From the human T2T-CHM13v2.0 reference genome, Homo sapiens: a DNA stretch of 64,000 nt. The stretch's first letter is position 1. Every line of letters starts with the position of its first letter. Location: the NCBI RefSeq assembly GCF_009914755.1, contig NC_060930.1. One strand, given 5' to 3'. The notes beneath the pieces were generated by a model, which saw nothing but the letters and a program-made list of their open reading frames with translations, was not told where the DNA came from and did no database searches. The translations under genes were made by a program, and so were the position numbers. Positions 1 to 18,662 of this stretch are shown piece by piece.

Positions 1-570
1 AGATGGTTAAATGTGGCCCTTCCCCCCCGCCCACAGAAACAGAGCAAGTTTTTGTAAAGATGAATTTGAAAACCCACTACATTTTTTCAGTTTAGTGAGA
101 AGCCCTTTTTCCAACAATAAAATACACAGGGAAACACCCACAGTCAACAGAACAACCACTCATATCAACTATTCAGCCACGAAAGAGGCCGGCTCAGGGC
201 TCCCAGGTGCACTGTGAAGATTCTGAGGCTGCAGGATAGATATGAGGTGGGACCAGGAGCAAGGCGCTCGAAGGGCAAGGGTGGCATCCAGGCCAAGCCC
301 GGAGAACCGTTCTCCACCCAGACCATGCAGGGGGCGGCAGCTTTGCTCATGCAGGAGCCGAGCCCGGCTCTGCCTGCCCTTGGGGGCCTGCTAGACCTGG
401 CCCTGGGTGTTAGCAAGCAGAGGGTGTGAGGCGGGAGTCACTGGGGGCGCTCATCTGCTCCCAGGTGTGGCCTTGCCTAGGCCTGCTTCCCACTGTCTCT
501 GTCCCCAACTCAGCCCCACCAGGCCCCACCTCCGCGTTTCCTAATGACTGCCCTTGGGGTGGTCACGCGA

Positions 571-799
571 CAGGCTGTGTGTCCCATATTCGCAATGCTT
601 GGGATTAGAGGTGTTTTGGAGTTCCCATTTTTTCAGATTTTGGAGTATTTGCATTATGGCAGGTAAGCAACCCTAATCCAAAAATCTGAAATCTGAGATG
701 CTTCAACGAGCATCTCCTTGATGTTATGTCAGCACTCAAAGTGTTCTGGATTTGGGGGTATTTGGATTTCAGAATTTTGGATTACGGATGCTCAACCTG
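571..799. mobile_element. Tigger4a/Zombi-like DNA transposon MITE
   Basis: Degenerate terminal inverted repeats (caggctg...ctcaacctg, followed by TA); body matches my recollection of the Tigger4a consensus (aatgcttggg...ccctaatccaaaaatctgaaatc). Confidence 0.75.
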
Positions 800-1275
800 T
801 ATAAAAACAGAAGGACTAGTGAGATATTTTGTGTTGTTTCTGTGCTTCTGTTAAAATATCTACCAAGTGTAAGTTCTAAAGCAAGCCATATCAGGATCCT
901 AATGAAGAGCTGGCAGGTTTTATGGGATTAGAATTAGGAATCAAATATATGTCCCAGTTATGAGTTGAAATGGTCATAATTTTAACACTGTTGCTCTCAG
1001 ATCTACTTTTTTTAAAAAAAAATTGTTTGCTTTGTTACATTTATAAAAATGTCTATGTACAAACCCCACTAAATTTCAAAATATATTTCAACTGTATGCC
1101 TTTTGATTACATTAATTAAATATATTTCAATTATTTAGGATTTGACTTCATTCACTCCCCTAAAACTCTACAAATGAATGGCTCTTGGCCTCCAGGGCAA
1201 CAGCCACGAAAGTGCTGCCACGCTGTTCTCATGAGTTATGTTTGCCCTGTTTGGTTGAAGATCTCAGTGAATCTA

Positions 1276-3787
<2,512 letters not shown>

Positions 3788-4182
3788 TGACCACAGGCAA
3801 GAGTAGAACTTCTAGTTAACCTGGTTCTAAAACACAAACACTAACATCGGCATGGGGGTCTGCAGGTGCCAGACCGTGTTAATCCTTTCTCACATCCTCT
3901 ACCCAACACCTTGTAAGGCGCTGCCTTTGTCATCCTCGCCATCCTCCCTTAACAGAAGAGGAACAGCAGGATGAGCAGCAGGATGAGAGAGTGAGGCTGC
4001 TGTTCAAGGTTGTGAACAGGAAAAGCTGCACCCAAAAGGCCCCTGCACCCAGGACAGGATGCCAATGGCCCCTGAAACAAGGTCCTGGAGCCTGCCTCAA
4101 ATCAGCAGATTGCCCAGAGGCATATTTGGCTAAGCAGTTATGTTGAAACATTTTCCAAAAACAGGGTAGAAATAAATGATAG

Positions 4183-4503
<321 letters not shown>

Positions 4504-5464
4504 TCACCCACAATATTCAAACTTGAGGGCAGATAACACTGAAGGAATGTTCAGTCTATCAAAGATCAGAAGGACATTTACTGATAATACTACACATCTA
4601 ATTTCCGAAAATGACTTTAAAACTTCTTTGGCTACAATTATATAATAAAATAAAGGGAATTTAGCGGAGTGGTACATGGTAACCCTTAGGCGACTCAACC
4701 CTCTGGACAGATGGCATGAGGGTAGGGCAGGGTACCGGCCCAGATAGGACTTTGTGTCCAGCCCCAGGCAGGGGCACAGCTTGCCTGCAAGGAAATCTCA
4801 CTTCTGAGAGGCGTTCAGGTGGTGGAACTACCCAGCTGAGGTCAAGAGGTCAAGAGCACTCTCACAAGCTGCTCCTCCCTTCTTTCAAGCACTATTTAGA
4901 AAAAAGTGCTGAGGTCCCAGAGAAGCCTGGTGAAGGCATTATCAGGACACACGTGAGAATCGGGCGACTGTCACGGAAGCCGAGACACACTCAGCCCTGC
5001 AGGAAAAGGTCCCGGCTGAGGGTCCGGTAAGGAAGGAATCCTGTGCGCAGCCTGCACGATGCCATCCCCAGCCTGGCGCCTCCAGCCCATCCATGAGCAG
5101 AGGCCGCGTCTCCAGAGGGAAGCAGTGACTGTTCCATTAGCTTCTTTGCCTGCCGAAGCCCTCCCACCTTAACATGTCTGTAGGAGGGGTCAGACAAACA
5201 GAGCAAACCCCGGAGGAGCTGGACACAGAACAGCAAATTCGCTGCTAGTGAGTGAGTGCCAGTGTCTGTGCCCACGCAGGGGTGAGATGCCTGGAGATCA
5301 CCCTCACTACAGTCGAGTGAAACGCAGTCTCGGTTTTCATCCAGACACAAACCATGCCATGCAACTTCAAGTAACCAAGGTTTTTAAAAATATATTTACA
5401 ATTATGATACAATAGAAAAATGTTTACAGTGGGCAGAATCAAAGACTCTTACAATGAAATGCTA

Positions 5465-5626
<162 letters not shown>

Positions 5627-6905
5627 TCACAGTGAGATTAGAAGTAAAACATAAGCAAGAAACGAAGTGGGCTTCCCCCCATCTACATGTATAATCGTAT
5701 TCCAGTAAACTTGAATATTTATCTATATGTCTATATTTAGACTCTTATATTCAAAATCAGGAAATAACTCTTTTAAATAGACTTACATTCCACATTGCCA
5801 AAAAAGACACATATTTTACATATAAAACAGCAAGGATTTGCTGTGTTTCATATAAACTCATGTGAGTACTGTGACGATTTGGGGGTGAGGGTTCTCACTA
5901 AGAGAAAATGAATTTCACTTTCCAGTCTCATGCCGCTGTGGGTGGCGTTGTAATGCTAATCACTCAAATCATCTACAGATGCCTTCCGTGCACATGCCAA
6001 TGCCTTCCGTGCACACGCCCGAGCCCTGGGTGGCATTTGGGGCCTCGCCACCACTGCTACCCAGCAGCTCCCAGCAGAAGGCCCAAGAGAGCCAAATGCA
6101 GAAGAGCCAGCGTGCTCTGTCTGGACAGTGGGGCCCTCACAGAAAAAATTACCAAAAAAATCAGAGCTGAACGGAACTCTGATGCCACATTTCACCTGCA
6201 TAAGGCCTGAATGCATTTTGCTGCAAGCACGTGCGTAATATCAGGCAGAACGTGGCAGGACAGCAGCAAGGCTGCAGAAAAATGCAGTGAATGCGGGCAA
6301 AATCAATATTGGCGCTCTGTAATGCAGTGATTGCAAAGTAGACCCATGTACGTTAAAATGAGTTTTAAGTGCAGTAGCCCATATCTCTCCTCGGACAATG
6401 TAATCTTAAATCTAGGACTGGGAGGGACCCTAGATGTCCCCCAAGCTCTTCCCTGTCCAGTCACAAGGGGCCCAGGTGTATGCAGGACATGCCCACAGTC
6501 AGAGCCGCAGCCAGTGTGGAGCCAGTCCCGTGGACAGGTGCCCTCCCCAATGGCGTGGGCCACGCCCACTCAGAATGAGCACCTGGCACTACAACGGCCC
6601 CAACATTTTCACCCAATCCACCTGCATGACAGGGAGGAGCATCGGCTACGGCATTTTCTAAACTAAATTTTAACAAAAATTTATTATTTCAAAATTGTTA
6701 AGGTGGTAAGAACAGACCATGTCTGAAAAATTAACAGGAAAGAAATTTGGCTAAAAAGATATATAAATAATATAGATATACATATCTGTGTACATATGTG
6801 TGTAAACACATGTACACATATAAGGTTTTATATCTGTTTGGAAAAGAACCAGTTAAAGTGTTGGAAAGGTCTAGGTTATTTCAAATGTACTTGGAATGCA
6901 CGCTA

Positions 6906-7028
<123 letters not shown>

Positions 7029-7418
7029 TTAAGAGGTCTAAGGTTCTTAAGAGATTTATATTTTACAGTGAAAAAAATTATATACATAGATATAGACGTC
7101 TGCATAAATGCTTTCGGGCCCCTCCCACCTGTCCTCCAGCCCTTAAGTCACCTCCTCCCCTCCTGTGTCTCTCATGCTACCTCAGAGATGTCGCCCTGCT
7201 ACACATTGTCCTGTGACTCCTTTAAAATCCTGGAATAGGACCCTGATGCTTGGCTTTTCCTTTAAGTCCAAAGCCCCAGGTTGGCACTCAGGGCCACCAA
7301 TGTCTATCAACCCCTCATCCCCCGGGGCTCCCACACAAAGCCTGACACTGATGACATGCCTTAATATGGCAGAACTGGGGAATCCATACAAAGCTGCAGA
7401 TGCCATTGGAGCAGAATT

Positions 7419-8596
7419 CATCCATCCAACCATCACCCATCCATTCACTCATCCCTCCACCCCTCCCTCCATTCCTCCATCCCCTCCATCCATCCACGCA
7501 CACATCCATCTCTCATCTCTCGCCATCCATCCCTCACACATCCATCTCTCATCTCTCTCCATCCATCCCCCCCATCAATTGAGCCACTCATCCATATCTC
7601 ATCTCTCCATCCCTCCATCCCCTTCATCCAGCCACCCATGCAGCCATCCCTCACCTCCGCATCCCTCCATCCCCCACCATCCATGCACCCATGCATTCAT
7701 CTCTCATCCCTCCATCCCTCTATTCCCCCTCCATCCATCCACCCACACATCCATCCCTCATCTCCCCATCCCTCCATCACCTCCATCTACTCATCCATCT
7801 CTCATCTCTGCATCCCTCCTTCCCCTCCATCCATCCACTCACTCATCCATCTCTCAACTCCGCCCCTCTCCATCCCTCCATCCATCCCTCTACTTATCCA
7901 TCTCTCATCTCTCCATCCCTCCATCTCCCACCATCCATGCACCTACTCATCCATCCCTCATCTCTGCATCCCCCCATCCCCTCCATCTACCCACCCACTC
8001 ATCCATCCCTCATCTCTGCATCCCTCCATCCCCTCCATCCACCCACCCACTCATCCATCCCTCATCTCTGCATCCCTCCATCCCCTCCATCTGTCCACCC
8101 ACTCATCCGTCATCCCTCCATCCCCTCATCTATCCACCCACTCATCCACCTCTCATCTCTCCATCCCTCTTTCCCCTCATCTATCCACCCACTCATCCAT
8201 CCGTCTCTCCATCCCTCCATCCCCCTCCATCTACCTACTCATCCATCTCTCATCCCTCCATTCCTTCATCCCCTCCATCCATGCACCCATTCATCCATTG
8301 CTCATCTCCCCATCCCTCCATCCCCTCCATCCATGCTCCCACTCATCCATCTCTTATCCCTCCATCCCCACCATCCATCCACCAACTCATCCATCTCTCA
8401 TCTCTGCACTGCTCCATCCCCTCCATCCACCCACCCACTCATCCATCTCTCATCCCTCCATCCCTCCATCCCCACCATCTATCCACTTATTCATCTCTCA
8501 TCTCTCCATCCCTCCACCCCACCATCCATGCACACACGCATCCATCTCTCATCCCTCCATCCCCTTCTGTCCATCTCTCCATCCATCCATCCCTCC
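7419..8596. repeat. Degenerate (CCAT)n-rich low-complexity satellite, about 1.2 kb
   Basis: ccatccatctctcatccctccatccc-type motifs throughout; almost no G on the plus strand. Confidence 0.95.
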
Positions 8597-8717
8597 AAAA
8601 GTGCCTTATGAGAGGGTCCAGGGTGCTGAGTGCTGTCCCAGGCACAGGGGTTTAAAGAACAGATAATAAGACACAGTCACCATTGTTCAAGCCAGAGAAC
8701 AAGCAGAGCAGGGAAGG

Positions 8718-8945
8718 GCTTAGAGGGTTGGAAGATGTGTTTACACAGAGTGGCCTGGGATTTCTGCCTGGAGCACAGCAGTACCACTGGGAGGGGTGGG
8801 AGTTGGGGAGTGGCCAGGGGCACAGAAGAGCTTGGAGGGTTGGAGGCTGTCTTTACACAGAGTGGCCTGGGATTTCTGCCTGGAGCACAGCAGTGCGGGG
8901 CGGGGGGGGGGAGTGGGGGAGTGGGGGAGTGGCCAGGGGCACATG
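8718..8945. repeat. Two-copy tandem duplication, unit about 111 bp, with G-runs
   Basis: tttacacagagtggcctgggatttctgcctggagcacagcagt occurs twice. Confidence 0.85.
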
Positions 8946-9646
8946 AAGACGGGAGCTTGGTAGAGGTGAGTGCCAACCAGGGAGACAAGCGTGTGCGCTG
9001 CGGTCAGGGACTCCAGGTAACAGAGCCATTTTGGCCGCTATGTTAAGAGACATAAAAAGTCAAGAGGTGAGGTAGGAGGCGGGGGATATGTCTGCATTTT
9101 CTTCAGAAAAGTCACATTTGCCTTTGAGGAGTGGGCTCCTGAAGGTTTAGGGAATCTCAAGGCCTCCTCATGGTTTCTCAGCTGCTTTGTATCTCCTTGC
9201 CTTTGAGCAGTCTTGCTAACTCAGGGACTCAGGGCCTAAATGCACTCTGTTATCGTGCTCTGATGTTACGGCAGAGCTGTGTTCTAAGAAGAGCACCGTG
9301 TCCGGCCTTGATGGGCCACGTTTGTTTACAGCATCGTCATGCTCTCCCAGCCCCACACCCCACCAGCTTCCCCTCACCTCCCGGGACCACCACGTTATCA
9401 GAAAAGGACTCGGAGGACTGCTCTGAGGCCCAGCACATGGTGAATGCTCAGGAAACGTTTGCTGCTGCAGCTGCTGCTAACTGGCATGCTGGGGTCCAAC
9501 CCACCACATTTTAACTTCTGTTTCTATTGCTATGTCCTCTCTCCATACTGTGGCCCTCGGGGATGTATGTGTGTCCCTATTTGTGTTAAAATCCTGCATC
9601 TGTGACGCAGGTGCATTTCTGTCTCTCATTGACATGAGTTCACTCA

Positions 9647-9742
<96 letters not shown>

Positions 9743-9942
9743 TTAAAGAAGAAACAAACACTTAAAATTAGCATCTCATGATGGACATGAGAAGAACAGA
9801 GTCTCTTCAAAACAGAAACATTCACACAAACAGAATGAATTCCTGACCATAAATTTAAGAGGTTTCATATCTGAAGTCACACCAACCATCATCAGCAAAA
9901 GATTAAATCAAGGGATTAAAAGGATAAGAAAATAGCCCAAGT

Positions 9943-10264
9943 TGGTTGTTTTGTTGTTGTTGTTTTGTTGTTGTTGTTGTTGTTGAGACGGAGTCTCGCT
10001 CTATCGCTAAGGCTGGACTGCAGTGGTGCAAGCTCGGCTCACTGCAACCTCCACCTCCCATGTTCAAGTAATTCTCCTGCCTCAGCCTCCTAAGTAGCTG
10101 GGATTACAGGCACACGCCACCACGCCTGGCTAATTTTTGTATTTTTAATAGAGAGGGGGTTTCACCATGTTGGTCAGGATGGTCTTGAACGCCTGACCTC
10201 GTGATCCACCCGCCGCAGCCTCCCAAAATGCTGGGATTACAGGCGTGAGCCACTATGCCCAGCC
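9943..10264 (-). mobile_element. AluS element with (TTG)n microsatellite tail
   Basis: Reverse-complement Alu body 9984-10264; tail has become ttg repeats. Confidence 0.93.
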
Positions 10265-12399
10265 TAGCCTATTTTACATTTTGCATAGCACTACCAGTTG
10301 ACAAAAACTCTGACATCACGTGAACTTACCACAAGGGTAAGTGTTGTAAGTAGAGGGAGGCAAATTTGGGGATTATAGCATTACTGTAAATGAAACATAT
10401 CCATTAATTTTCCATGGGAATATTTTCTAAACTACACCCAAAACATCAACATGTTAAAATTTAATCACTTTCTTGCTACTGAAAAGTTATCTCTGTATTA
10501 AAACTATTTATATAATTGTTCTTACTGAAGGTTTTGTTCTAAACTCTAAATGCTATCGTTAGTTGCGAACCACAGTACATCACATACGCTAGTCTGAAAC
10601 GAGATGACCCTTGTTGACAAAAAGTTTAAAAATTCCACTTTTAAGGAGTGATCTAAATGAAGCGTATGTAAGAAGAAAAGCTAAAGAAACAAACATGTTA
10701 AGTTTTAAAGGTGAAATCAGGAGACTCGTGTCTCCTTCACGACAGGTTGTGTGCACAGATCTCACTTCCCAAATGCGCAGCCGTCCATGGCGGCAGACAA
10801 GACGAGCGGACCCCGTGGGTTGGACACGCAGGAGGCACTGCTCGCCACTCAGCATGGAGCCCACTCTCACAGGGGAGTTTCTTTCCATGGAAACAGTCAG
10901 AACCTTGGAAAACCATCTGAACAGTCTAGTATGATTCCAACTATTAGCCATTTTAATTAATATTGGTTAGTCAAGGTTTCCAAAAATTTTTTACTAGAAA
11001 TGTATATATACATATAAATTCCTTTGTTATTAATTAAGCAAATGGTTCAAAAAGGCTTTTTTACATTGCACAACAATGTGAGGGTATGGAATCCCACTGA
11101 ACCATACACCTAAAAATGGTTAAAATGGCAAGTTTTATTTTATACATATCTTATAATGAAAAAAGTAAATGAACAGAAAATGTCTTTTACAAGACTACAA
11201 AAATCAGTCTTTACCACATAAACAATGTGCAAGACCATATTATTTACCTAATAAACACTTTCAATTCTTCATTAGCATCATTACTACATAGGACTTTTTC
11301 AATTTTTTGAGGGTACTGCTATTTAAAAAGTGAATGCTAACTTTCATTATCTGGGTAACACACTGGTTAGGTATTCAGATGGCCTCTCCCACAGAGAAAC
11401 GCCACAAAAGCCAGAAGAAATATGTGCTTCATTTTGTAAAAAGGGAAAAGAAAATGAGGACAAGATATTGAAACTGAGGTGAGCTGTGGATGGCGGCACC
11501 TCCAGCCACACAGGCTGAGGATTTGTGTGGCCTCAGGGAGGTGAGGGCAGAAAGGCCAAGTCCCTGGCCACTATGCGAGCTTCACCTTCTCCGACTAGCC
11601 CAGGAAGCCTGTGCCGTGATGGTCTGTACTGGTCCCAGGCTGCTGGCCCTGCAGTCAGAGTGACCTTGACAAGTGGCTTAAAAGGCCGGAAGCTGTGGAT
11701 TTGTGCACCCAAACCCCTAGAAAGCAACGCAAATCTCCTTTGAGAGAACACAGTGCACTTCATTCAGTTCCAAAAAACAAATACAAAAACAAACAAAACA
11801 GAAACAAACAAAAAACTAAAGGCCCACTTCTCTAATGAAAATTGATGCAAAACTCCTCAATAAAATATTAGCAAACCAAATTCAACAACACAACAAAAAG
11901 AGTATACATCATGGGATTTATCCCTGACATACAAGGCTGGTTTTATACTCAAAATCAATCATATACCTAATTTAAAATATTACACCAACCATTCAGGTAT
12001 AGAAACAGAGAAAGCTCTCCCTAGCTCATTCTGTGGAGCTGGCACACCAAAACCAAACTCAGAAAGTTCCTGAGAAATCAATCACGCAAGAACATGAATC
12101 CAAAAGATCCTGTACAAAATAATAGCGAAGAGATAATAAATGCAAATTAGGCTTATGACAGTAAAGCGTATCTGATTAAACACAAGCAATAACCACCTCA
12201 TGTTTAACCAGGAAAACGCAAACGAAATCATAAGACACCTCTGTATCGTCACTGGTTGCCAGACGGCTCAGGAGGGTCTCCAAAGGCTGGTGAGACCCCA
12301 CTCCCAGCCGGTTTCCAGGTTCTTGGCACCTTCAGAGCAAGAATTTAGATGCGAAAAGCAGCAGCTTTTGCTGCAAAGCGAAAGCACACGCCTAAGTGA

Positions 12400-13200
12400 G
12401 AAGCCAGGCGAGCTGAGGAGGAGGCGCGCACAGGAGAAGGAGGCGCGCACAGGAGGAGGCGCGCACAGGGTTAGGCTGCGCGCACAGCAGAAGGAGGCGC
12501 GTTCAGGAGACGGAGGCGCGCTCAGGAGGAGGAGGGGCGCTCAGAAGGAGGCGGCTCGCTCAGGAGGAGGAGCCCCGTTCAGAAGGAAGCGCGCACAGAG
12601 GAGTTTGTGTTCTTTTGCGGGTGTTTCTTTAGTGACAGTGCGGGATCATCATCAGGTATTCTGGGAAAGGAGGGGATTTTTAGGTAACCCCCAACACAGC
12701 CTCGTTGTCTCTTACTCGGGTTTTCCCGGGAGAACAGAGGACACATCACGCTGGTGGGTTCGCCTTCTCTCTCCCTCGCTTTGGGTTTTCTGCCGCCCTG
12801 TGGTTACTTTGCCACGTTCCTGTCTTCGCTGTTGCCTGGGTTTTCCGTCCTCCTGTGACCACCCAGTGCTATTCTTGTCTCACACTGGGTAAGCAGAAAT
12901 TCCAGCGTCCAGCGACATGCAGCCATGGCAAGAGCTCGGGGCAGGAGAGGCGGCGTGTGCTGCTGGAGTAACCTCTGGCCAGCCACCTGGGAAGACCCTT
13001 GCCATCGTCTGCCATCGACCTGCCATGTGGGGAACCCCGAGCCCAGCAGCTGCCCGCACAGAAGATCAGGGCAGCCCTCCCGGCTCCAGGGTACAGCAGG
13101 GTGCTGCAAAGACTGCTCACAACAGCAGCCTGGGACAAGCCAAACGTCTGTTAATACTGAATAAATCGTGGGTACATAAACCGCAGTATATCCAGACAAC
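12400..13200. promoter_or_regulatory. Intronic CpG-rich patch in WDR27 intron 13 (candidate imprinted DMR / antisense promoter)
   Basis: Repeated ggaggcgcgcacagg motifs 12415-12600; one TGCCGC at 12791-12796; position fits my recollection of WDR27:Int13-DMR. Boundaries approximate. Confidence 0.55.
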
Positions 13201-13329
13201 AGAACGCTGTATAGCAACTGAAGCAAATCTCACAGACACGAAGTGAAAAAGACAAATCAGAAAAGAACGCACTTAAGAAAGAATATTACTCTACATATAA
13301 ACAGCCCCCAGATTAGACATATGAGAAGA

Positions 13330-14172
<843 letters not shown>

Positions 14173-15976
14173 TGTTAAGGATGAATGGTAGGAGGTGAGA
14201 CTGACAGGGCCAAGAGAGACCAGGCGGGGTGGGGGGAAAGCATGTGAGGCGGCTTGTGGGGTCCAGGAAGACGAAGAGGTTCGGGGGGCTGAGAACGAGG
14301 AGGCCGGGAGGGATCACGTGAGGAGGCCTGGAGGGCCCAGGAGGAAGGAGCCAAGAAGGCCCAGGAGGGCCCAGGAGGAGGAGGCTGGGATGGCCCAGGA
14401 GGAGGCGACAGCTCCCAGCTCCGACAGCTCCCAGCTCCGCATTAGGCCGCAGCAGCCCAGGGGCATTCTCTTCTCAGCCATCTTCACACCCACTTGCTGT
14501 TGTCTTCTCTGCTATAGTGTCTTTTGCAATTTAAGATGCCTTTTCAATGGTGAATAATTAGCACCTCCTTACAAGGCAGAAGTTCCATGACTTAATGAGG
14601 AGGAAGGAGGTCAGAGGCCACTCCCAGCCGAGGAGTCAGCTTGGCCCAGAGGCTGCAATGCTGGCTGAGCCTGGCCACCTCCCCCCGGCCTTCATTCTCA
14701 CAATTTCTCAGAACTGTCCCCATGGTGATGGGACGGCAGCAGAGCATAAACCGGCAGGAGACGGGCAGTTCACACCGACAGTGGGTCTTTCATGGAAACA
14801 GGGCGGAGGAATGGGGGACCTGCTGGAAACCCCCAGCAGCAGGGACCGCCATGGCAGGACGAACAAGCAAACAGCTCCAGCCCCAGGCTCAGCTCTGAGT
14901 CCCCGCCTTCCACCTGAAAGCTCTCCCCGATCTGCAAGGCGGGTCAGAACCACACAGTCAGTGAGACCCAGGAATGGCACAGAAGGTGTTCGAGGCCTGA
15001 TTTCAAAAAGTCTGGTAGGGAAGGGAGAGGCCAGAAGTCCCCGAAGTCAAGCTCAAGGGCTGCGTGGGAGCATGAAGGACACAGCCCATGTCTGAGGACG
15101 GACTGACGCAGGAACCCTAGCCCAGCCTAGCCGAGCCCGGCCCGGGGAGAGGCCCAAGGGTGGGGTCGCCAGGTCGCTGGCCGGGGAGATGGCCCTTCTG
15201 GGAGGTGAGGCCCAGCAGTCAGGCAGCTACCAGGCAGAAGGTGAAAGGCGGCTGCGGAAATGCCTCCGTTTTTCAAATGAGGTCCAGTAGGTTTCACAAG
15301 ACCAATTAAAGGGTTAGACTGGTCACTGAAGGGAAAAAAGAATTATCAGTGAGCCTTGAAAGAAAGGGAACATAATGACGTTTACCATCTTAAAGTGAAA
15401 GTTAATTTATACATATTTGAAAGATGCAACATGTGGATTTGTTTGGCTGCTGCTCAGAACAAACCAATAGGAAATATTGTCAAGGCAATCAAGAATAATT
15501 TATTATGGCCTTGCTAATACAAGGTTCCAAAAAATGACTGGTTTTGATATAACGTCATGGTGGCTAGGTAAAAACATACATGTTCCAGAAATGCACACTC
15601 AAGTGTGCAGGAGTACAATCACACGCTCGGGATCTGCTTTCAAATTCCTCAGCAGAGAAAAAAGGGGAAAAAAATGTTCTCACAATCAGTAATTGCTGAA
15701 GGTCCACTCTGCACCCCCACTGCAACAGGCACCAGAGGAACAGCGGTCAGTCTTGGGCACGTTGCTGAATCCCATGAGTGATGGCCAATTCAGGAGGCGA
15801 AGCACCCAGCAAGTTCCCCACCACAGCGGACATGGAACACGCACGAGAGGCAGAGACATGAAGGACAGAAGGATGGAAGGAAGTACGGAATGCATATTTT
15901 AACATAAGAATTCGCAAAGCAATGCAGCAGCCCTAACCACAATGAGAACGCATCAGCCTTGTATTCTTAGATCTCA

Positions 15977-16102
<126 letters not shown>

Positions 16103-16317
16103 CTAGGAGCGCAAACGACGATACGATGGAAATGCCTCAGTGACACACACTTTAAAGACAGTTCCAAATGACTGATTCCTGCAGCTGTGGACATAACAGT
16201 ATCTGAAAATGAAAACTGTCAAGTGTATTCTTATCCTTGTAGGAAAAAAATATTCTTAATAAAAGCGCTGTTTTATAATGTACATTCTATTATGAAATAG
16301 TGTTTCAATTAAAATAA

Positions 16318-16704
<387 letters not shown>

Positions 16705-16802
16705 AGAGCTCAGAGTTTTCTAATCTTTATTTCTGAACATAGAAATCCAGATGGCACTTATTGGTGAACACACACACACACTCCACACTTGAAGACACTC
16801 TA

Positions 16803-17042
<240 letters not shown>

Positions 17043-17084
17043 TCACTCCTAAAACGTTTTTACACACAAAATCCCGTTTACTCA

Positions 17085-17570
<486 letters not shown>

Positions 17571-18354
17571 TTAGAGCTGTGACCATTTGGGGGAAGGAAA
17601 GGCTGAGTTTTCAAGGAGAAGCTGCGCCTGGCTGAGCTGGGGAGGGGCAGGGATGGGCGGCTGAAGGGAAGGGCGTGTGTGAAGACACAGATGCATCCCA
17701 CAGCCCCACAGAGGTCTGAGCGTTCAGGGCTAGAAAGGAGGCACCGAGAGGAGCAGTGCCCGGGAGGCCGCCGAGGAGGCCCTGCTGCAGCGGAGGAGAG
17801 GGACGGAATCCAGCCTGCTTTTCAGAAGTCGCCTGGGCTCCTGGGCAGAAAGAGTGCGGCTGGTGGCATCCATGGAGTTAGGAGGGGTGGGGGGATGAGA
17901 TGGGGGTCTTGGGGGAGGGGGTGGGGGTGGAGGTGACTATTCCTACATTTCTGGGGCTGGCAGAAACTGGGGAAGGGAGCCAGGGTTGGAGAGGAGTGCG
18001 CCTCGGCCAGGTTTACGCTGTGCGAGCCTGGGGCTCTGGGAGGCTCTCTAAGGATGGTGGAGAATCCAGGGGCTTCCCAAGGGTGTTCCTGCAGGTGTTC
18101 CACGCTGCTGGGGCCCGGGCGGCCTGGAGTGCCAGGCGAGGGCCTGGCAGATGTAGGCAAGGAGTGGCTCCAGGGCTGAGTGCCCGAGGGTCCGGGAAGG
18201 GCCCTCGTCCTTCGGATCCAGCAGCACAGAGGTGCTCACGTTCTCAATGCTGAGTTGTGACTGAAGCATCTCATCCTCAGATTCACACGGCAAGGCCTTC
18301 TCCACAAACACTTACACTACCCCACATACCAGTCAAAGGAAAACATTACAGTTA

Positions 18355-18489
<135 letters not shown>

Positions 18490-18534
18490 TTAAGGAAAAA
18501 AAGAAAAGAATACACAATAATCTTATTCCTGAAG

Positions 18535-18662
18535 GTTGGGCCCCACGTGCGCCCCCTGGCCTGGCTGTGAGCTCTCCGCAGGAGTGGGGAGCGTGGGCGT
18601 TGGGCCCCACGTGCGCCCCCTGGCCTGGCTGTGAGCTCTCCGCAGGAGTGGAGAGCGTGGGC
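18535..18662. repeat. Two-copy 64-bp GC-rich tandem repeat
   Basis: gttgggccccacgtgcgccccctggcctggctgtgagctctccgcaggagtgg at 18535 and 18599. Confidence 0.9.

Noticed and set aside
6590-6665. Possible extra WDR27 exon after exon 15 (tttagtttag acceptor near 6658)
   Set aside because: Weak donor (gtggat), and an early stop if it is read through; cannot be supported without transcript data.
7165-8666. Three long overlapping ORFs (496, 342, 306 aa) rich in Pro/His/Ser/Ile
   Set aside because: Artefact of the G-poor CCAT satellite, which rarely forms stop codons; open in all three frames.
10589-10960. Cluster of overlapping 70-120 aa ORFs in intron 13
   Set aside because: No homology I recognise and no splice signals linking them to the WDR27 frame; exons 13 and 14 already join in phase.
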